Shown here in pieces: positions 61,043 through 64,000 of a stretch of 64,000 nt of DNA. The notes beneath the pieces were generated by a model. It was not told where the DNA came from, made no database searches, and was given only the letters and a program-made list of their open reading frames with translations. The position numbers and the translations under genes were made by a program. The stretch comes from an uncultured Acidobacteriota bacterium (lineage in GTDB: Bacteria > Acidobacteriota > Terriglobia > UBA7540). Numbering within the stretch: position 1 is the first letter of the stretch; the number at the start of each line of letters is the position of its first letter. The stretch is from the NCBI GenBank assembly GCA_963804995.1, contig CAWDSK010000003.1, positions 320,001 through 384,000 on the forward strand, in the 5' to 3' direction.

Positions 61043-61281
61043 TCTTTTCTTTGCCCCACTCAAAGAAATTGATTCAATGAAAGTGCCTCACCAGAAAGTG
61101 GTCGGTAGCGCAGCGCGGAAGGAACAAAGCGCCGTTTTTGGCCTTCCCCGGCGTGCTACACTCTGCTGGAGGAGAGTAAAAGCCCTCCCGCGCGGGGGTT
61201 CTGACGACTGAAAGCTGATGACTTTCCAACCGGCTCGTGTAACGTAAGCATGAATGTGATAACATTTTGTGGAGGGGAGTT

Positions 61282-61611
61282 ATGCCAGCCACCAAAACCA
61301 AGTCCGTCCGCACACCCGCGGCCTCCACTGAAAACGAGTACCGCGGCAAGCGGACGCGTACGGGAAACGGTATTTGCTTTGATCGCGCTCTCTTCAAAAG
61401 CCATCCCGAATTCGCCGGGGAGGTTAGGGCCCACGTGATCGCGCCCGGGCGCATGCTGGTATCCGTTGCCGAGCCGGTCAGCAAGCGCCGCGATCCCGTG
61501 ATGCAATCTTTCCTTGCCTTCCTCGCGAACGATATTGCCAAGGCGCCGGAAACGATCAAGCCGATGAGCCGCGAGCTGGCGGAGCGCATTGACCGGTTAG
61601 TTGTAGACTGA
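61282..61611 (+). CDS. PrlF/SohA-like antitoxin with no adjacent toxin
   Basis: C-terminal DPVMQSFLAFLANDI..PETIKPMS..L.ERI..LV pattern; RBS GGAGGGG. Confidence 0.6.
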   Translation: MPATKTKSVRTPAASTENEYRGKRTRTGNGICFDRALFKSHPEFAGEVRAHVIAPGRMLVSVAEPVSKRRDPVMQSFLAFLANDIAKAPETIKPMSRELAERIDRLVVD

Positions 61612-61650
61612 AGGTCATTTTTCTTGTCGCCATAACCCCATATGTCCGTA

Positions 61651-62379
61651 GCAAGCGTAGCGCGGTCCCCCGGTTTTGGGGTCCGCGGTCCTTGGCGTGC
61701 AAAAACCGGAAATCTCAAACACTGCTTTGCCACGATACGTTCGCTCATATGGCGCATGAAGAACCGCGGACCTCAACGGCGGAGGTCCGCGCACATTGCT
61801 TCCACTTACTGGTCATATATGTGAGTAGGCGCCGCAGGGAACGTAGCGCGGTCCCCCGGTTTTGGGGTCCGCGGCTCTTCGTTTGAAAACACTGAAACTC
61901 TCAATTGCGGGCGACTTCTTCCCCACCACACATTCGCTCTCATGGCACATGAAGAACCGCGGACCTCAACTGCGGAGGTCCGCGCTACATTTGCTTCCAC
62001 TTACTGGTCATATATATGAGTAGGCGCCGCAGGGAACGTAGCGCGGTCCCCCGGTTTTGGGGTCCGCGGCTCTTCGTTTGAAAACACTGAAACTCTCAAT
62101 TGCGGGCGGCATCTTCCCCACCATACTTTCGCTCTCATGGCGCATGAAGAACCGCGGACCTCAACTGCGGAGGTCCGCGCTACATTTGCTTCCACTTACT
62201 GGTCATATATATGAGTAGGCGCCGCAGGGAACGTAGCGCGGTCCCCCGGTTTTGGGGTCCGCGGCTCTTACTTTGAAAATACTGAAACTCTCAATTGCGG
62301 GCGGCATCTTCCCCACCATACTTTCGCTCTCATGGCGCATGAAGAACCGCGGACCTCAACTGCGGAGGTCCGCGCTACA
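61651..62379. repeat. Tandem array of four family A REPIN units, 195-bp period (BIME-like)
   Basis: Units at 61651-61805 (diverged), 61806-62000, 62001-62195 and 62196-62379; each has GTAGCGCGGTCCCCCGGTTTTGGGGTCCGCGG and CCGCGGACCTCAAC.GCGGAGGTCCGCGC. Confidence 0.93.
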
Positions 62380-62408
62380 CTTACTCTTGAAGGCAAGGAT
62401 GCGGGGCT

Positions 62409-63020
62409 TTACGACTGCAATGGATAAGGCGGGGGTACTTCCGGGGTGCGCTTCAGATCCGGCGCACGGTCACCAACCAGGTAGGATTTCATGATGCCGG
62501 CCCACTTCCCCTGGGCGGTCAGGATCAATTCGATGGCCTCGCGCACCGCTCCCTTGCCACCCGGGCGGAGGGTCATGAAGTGCACGTGCCGGCGCAATGA
62601 CTCGTCGCCATCTGCCACGCACACGGCCAAACCGACGCGCTTCAGCAGCGGCAGGTCCACGATGTCGTCACCGACGTAGCACACCTCGGCATCCTCGACT
62701 TGGGCGGCGTGCCGGATTCTCTCGTAGGGAATTAGTTTTTGCAGGGCGTTCTGCTGCAGGAAATGGATTCCCAGTTCTTTGACGCGAAATTCGATGACGG
62801 GTGAGCTGCGTCCGGTAATGATGCCGGTCTTCAGCCCCGCGTGATGGGCCAGGCGTATGCCCAGGCCATCCCGGGAGTGAAAACCCTTGGTTTCGAGCAT
62901 CCCCCCGCCCGGACGCGGCACGTAATAGATATTGCCGTCGGTCAGGACGCCGTCGACATCCATCAGTAACAGCTTAATGTTTTTGGCTCGTGCGAGCTGT
63001 TGTTGAGAAAATTTTCGCAT
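62409..63020 (-). CDS. kdsC: KDO 8-phosphate phosphatase (HAD)
   Basis: MDVDGVLTDG, IITGR, YVGDDIVD, GGKGAVRE. Confidence 0.92.
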   Translation of the reverse strand: MRKFSQQQLARAKNIKLLLMDVDGVLTDGNIYYVPRPGGGMLETKGFHSRDGLGIRLAHHAGLKTGIITGRSSPVIEFRVKELGIHFLQQNALQKLIPYERIRHAAQVEDAEVCYVGDDIVDLPLLKRVGLAVCVADGDESLRRHVHFMTLRPGGKGAVREAIELILTAQGKWAGIMKSYLVGDRAPDLKRTPEVPPPYPLQS

Positions 63021-63239
63021 ACGTGTGGTTGAAATTCTCTCCCTTTGGTTTCATTTATGGTTCTGCCGCGCGACCTACTCCTCAATTTGTTCCTGGATGA
63101 CCCCCTCACCCGTCCCGCTCCGGCTGGTGAAAACGCCGGCAGCGGTCCACCCTCTCCCCCAAAGGGGCGAGGGTTAGAAATCTTCAGTTGTCAGTACCCT
63201 ACTCCCTAAGGGGCAAGGGCGATTAATTCAGGCCCCTCA

Positions 63240-64000
63240 TCAGAAGAATTGGGTGGCCCACAGATCGTGGATGTGCACGACCCCTTCGAGCTTCCCTTCG
63301 TTATCGACGACCAGCAAAGAGGTAATCTTGCGCCCCTCCATGAGATTCAGCGCCTTGGTTGCCAGTTCCTTGCGGTGGATGGTAACGGGCGAACGCGTCA
63401 TGCACTCCTCGGCCACCAGGCTAAGCGCGTGGTTCCCTTCCCTCTGAAACACCCGGCGCAAGTCACCGTCCGAAACCATCCCCAGCACCCGGCCGGCGGC
63501 GGACACGACCGCAGTGTGCCCCAAGCCCTTCCGGCTCATCTCATAGATGACATCCGGCAAGCGGGTTTCAGGCGCCACCATGGGCATCTGTTCGCCCACG
63601 TGCATAACGTTTTCCACCCGCCGCAGCCGCACGCCCAGTCCCCCGCCGGGATGGAGGGCCGCATAGTCTTCCTCGTCGAACCCGCGCTTTTCAAGCACCG
63701 CCATCGCCAGGGCATCGCCCATGGCAATCATGGCCGTGGTGGAAGCGGTGGGCGCTAGTCCCAACGGGCAAGCTTCCTGGCGAATCCCCACGTCAATGAC
63801 CACGTCACTCGCCTGGGCCAGGGTGGACGCCAGGCAACCCGTCAGGGCAATGAGCGGAATGTCCAGGCGCTTTACGGTGTCGAGCAGGCGCAGCAATTCC
63901 TCAGTTTCACCGCTGTAGGAAAGCGCCAACAATACGTCGTGACGGACCAGGCGGCCCAGGTCGCCGTGCAAGGCTTCGGCAGGATGCAGGAAGAAAGAAG
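63240..64000 (-). CDS. kdsD: Arabinose 5-phosphate isomerase KpsF/GutQ family (SIS + CBS); 5' end outside the window
   Basis: HPAEALHGDLG, SYSGET, EACPLGLAPTAST, HPGG, two CBS domains. Confidence 0.93.
   Translation of the reverse strand, partial: SFFLHPAEALHGDLGRLVRHDVLLALSYSGETEELLRLLDTVKRLDIPLIALTGCLASTLAQASDVVIDVGIRQEACPLGLAPTASTTAMIAMGDALAMAVLEKRGFDEEDYAALHPGGGLGVRLRRVENVMHVGEQMPMVAPETRLPDVIYEMSRKGLGHTAVVSAAGRVLGMVSDGDLRRVFQREGNHALSLVAEECMTRSPVTIHRKELATKALNLMEGRKITSLLVVDNEGKLEGVVHIHDLWATQFF

Noticed and set aside
61806..62195. Duplicated 64-aa proteins
   Set aside because: By-product of the 195-bp repeat period; no RBS or protein-like features seen.
61651..62379. CRISPR array
   Set aside because: The intervening sequences are near-identical rather than unique, the period is 195 bp with inverted hairpin pairs, and there are no cas genes.
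1..64000. tRNA, rRNA, riboswitch or prophage
   Set aside because: None recognisable by eye; a covariance-model scan was not run.

Overview
A GC-rich bacterial chromosome segment; the gene repertoire (wHTH-Ser/Thr kinase-TPR, FG-GAP and choice-of-anchor surface proteins, DUF2934) looks Acidobacteriota-like, which is an inference. Housekeeping genes include leuA/leuB with a divergent LysR, gpmA, an acyl-CoA ligase, a hutU homologue, ftcD, mntH, rsmB, kdsC and kdsD, plus a two-component pair and Tat/Sec-exported glycoside-hydrolase-like genes. The dominant hidden structure is a dense set of short palindromic repeats (at least five REP/REPIN-like families) and the elements that exploit them. (1) A RAYT transposase with its REPs sits in a broken PLD-helicase/DNA-methyltransferase locus. 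(2) A complete group II intron (25513-27425) splits a GTAG-type REP whose empty copies form a 195-bp tandem array at 61.65-62.38 kb. (3) An IS1182-family element and a 128-bp MITE each sit exactly in a hairpin loop with a 3-bp duplication. (4) Several REP doublets are embedded in-frame in proteins, four of them in one kinase. Three toxin-antitoxin loci retain only the antitoxin. Most apparent frameshifts fall at one context (YCAA), suggesting a modification-linked sequencing artefact rather than true pseudogenes. No rRNA, tRNA or CRISPR array was found. All calls are by eye; no searches were run.
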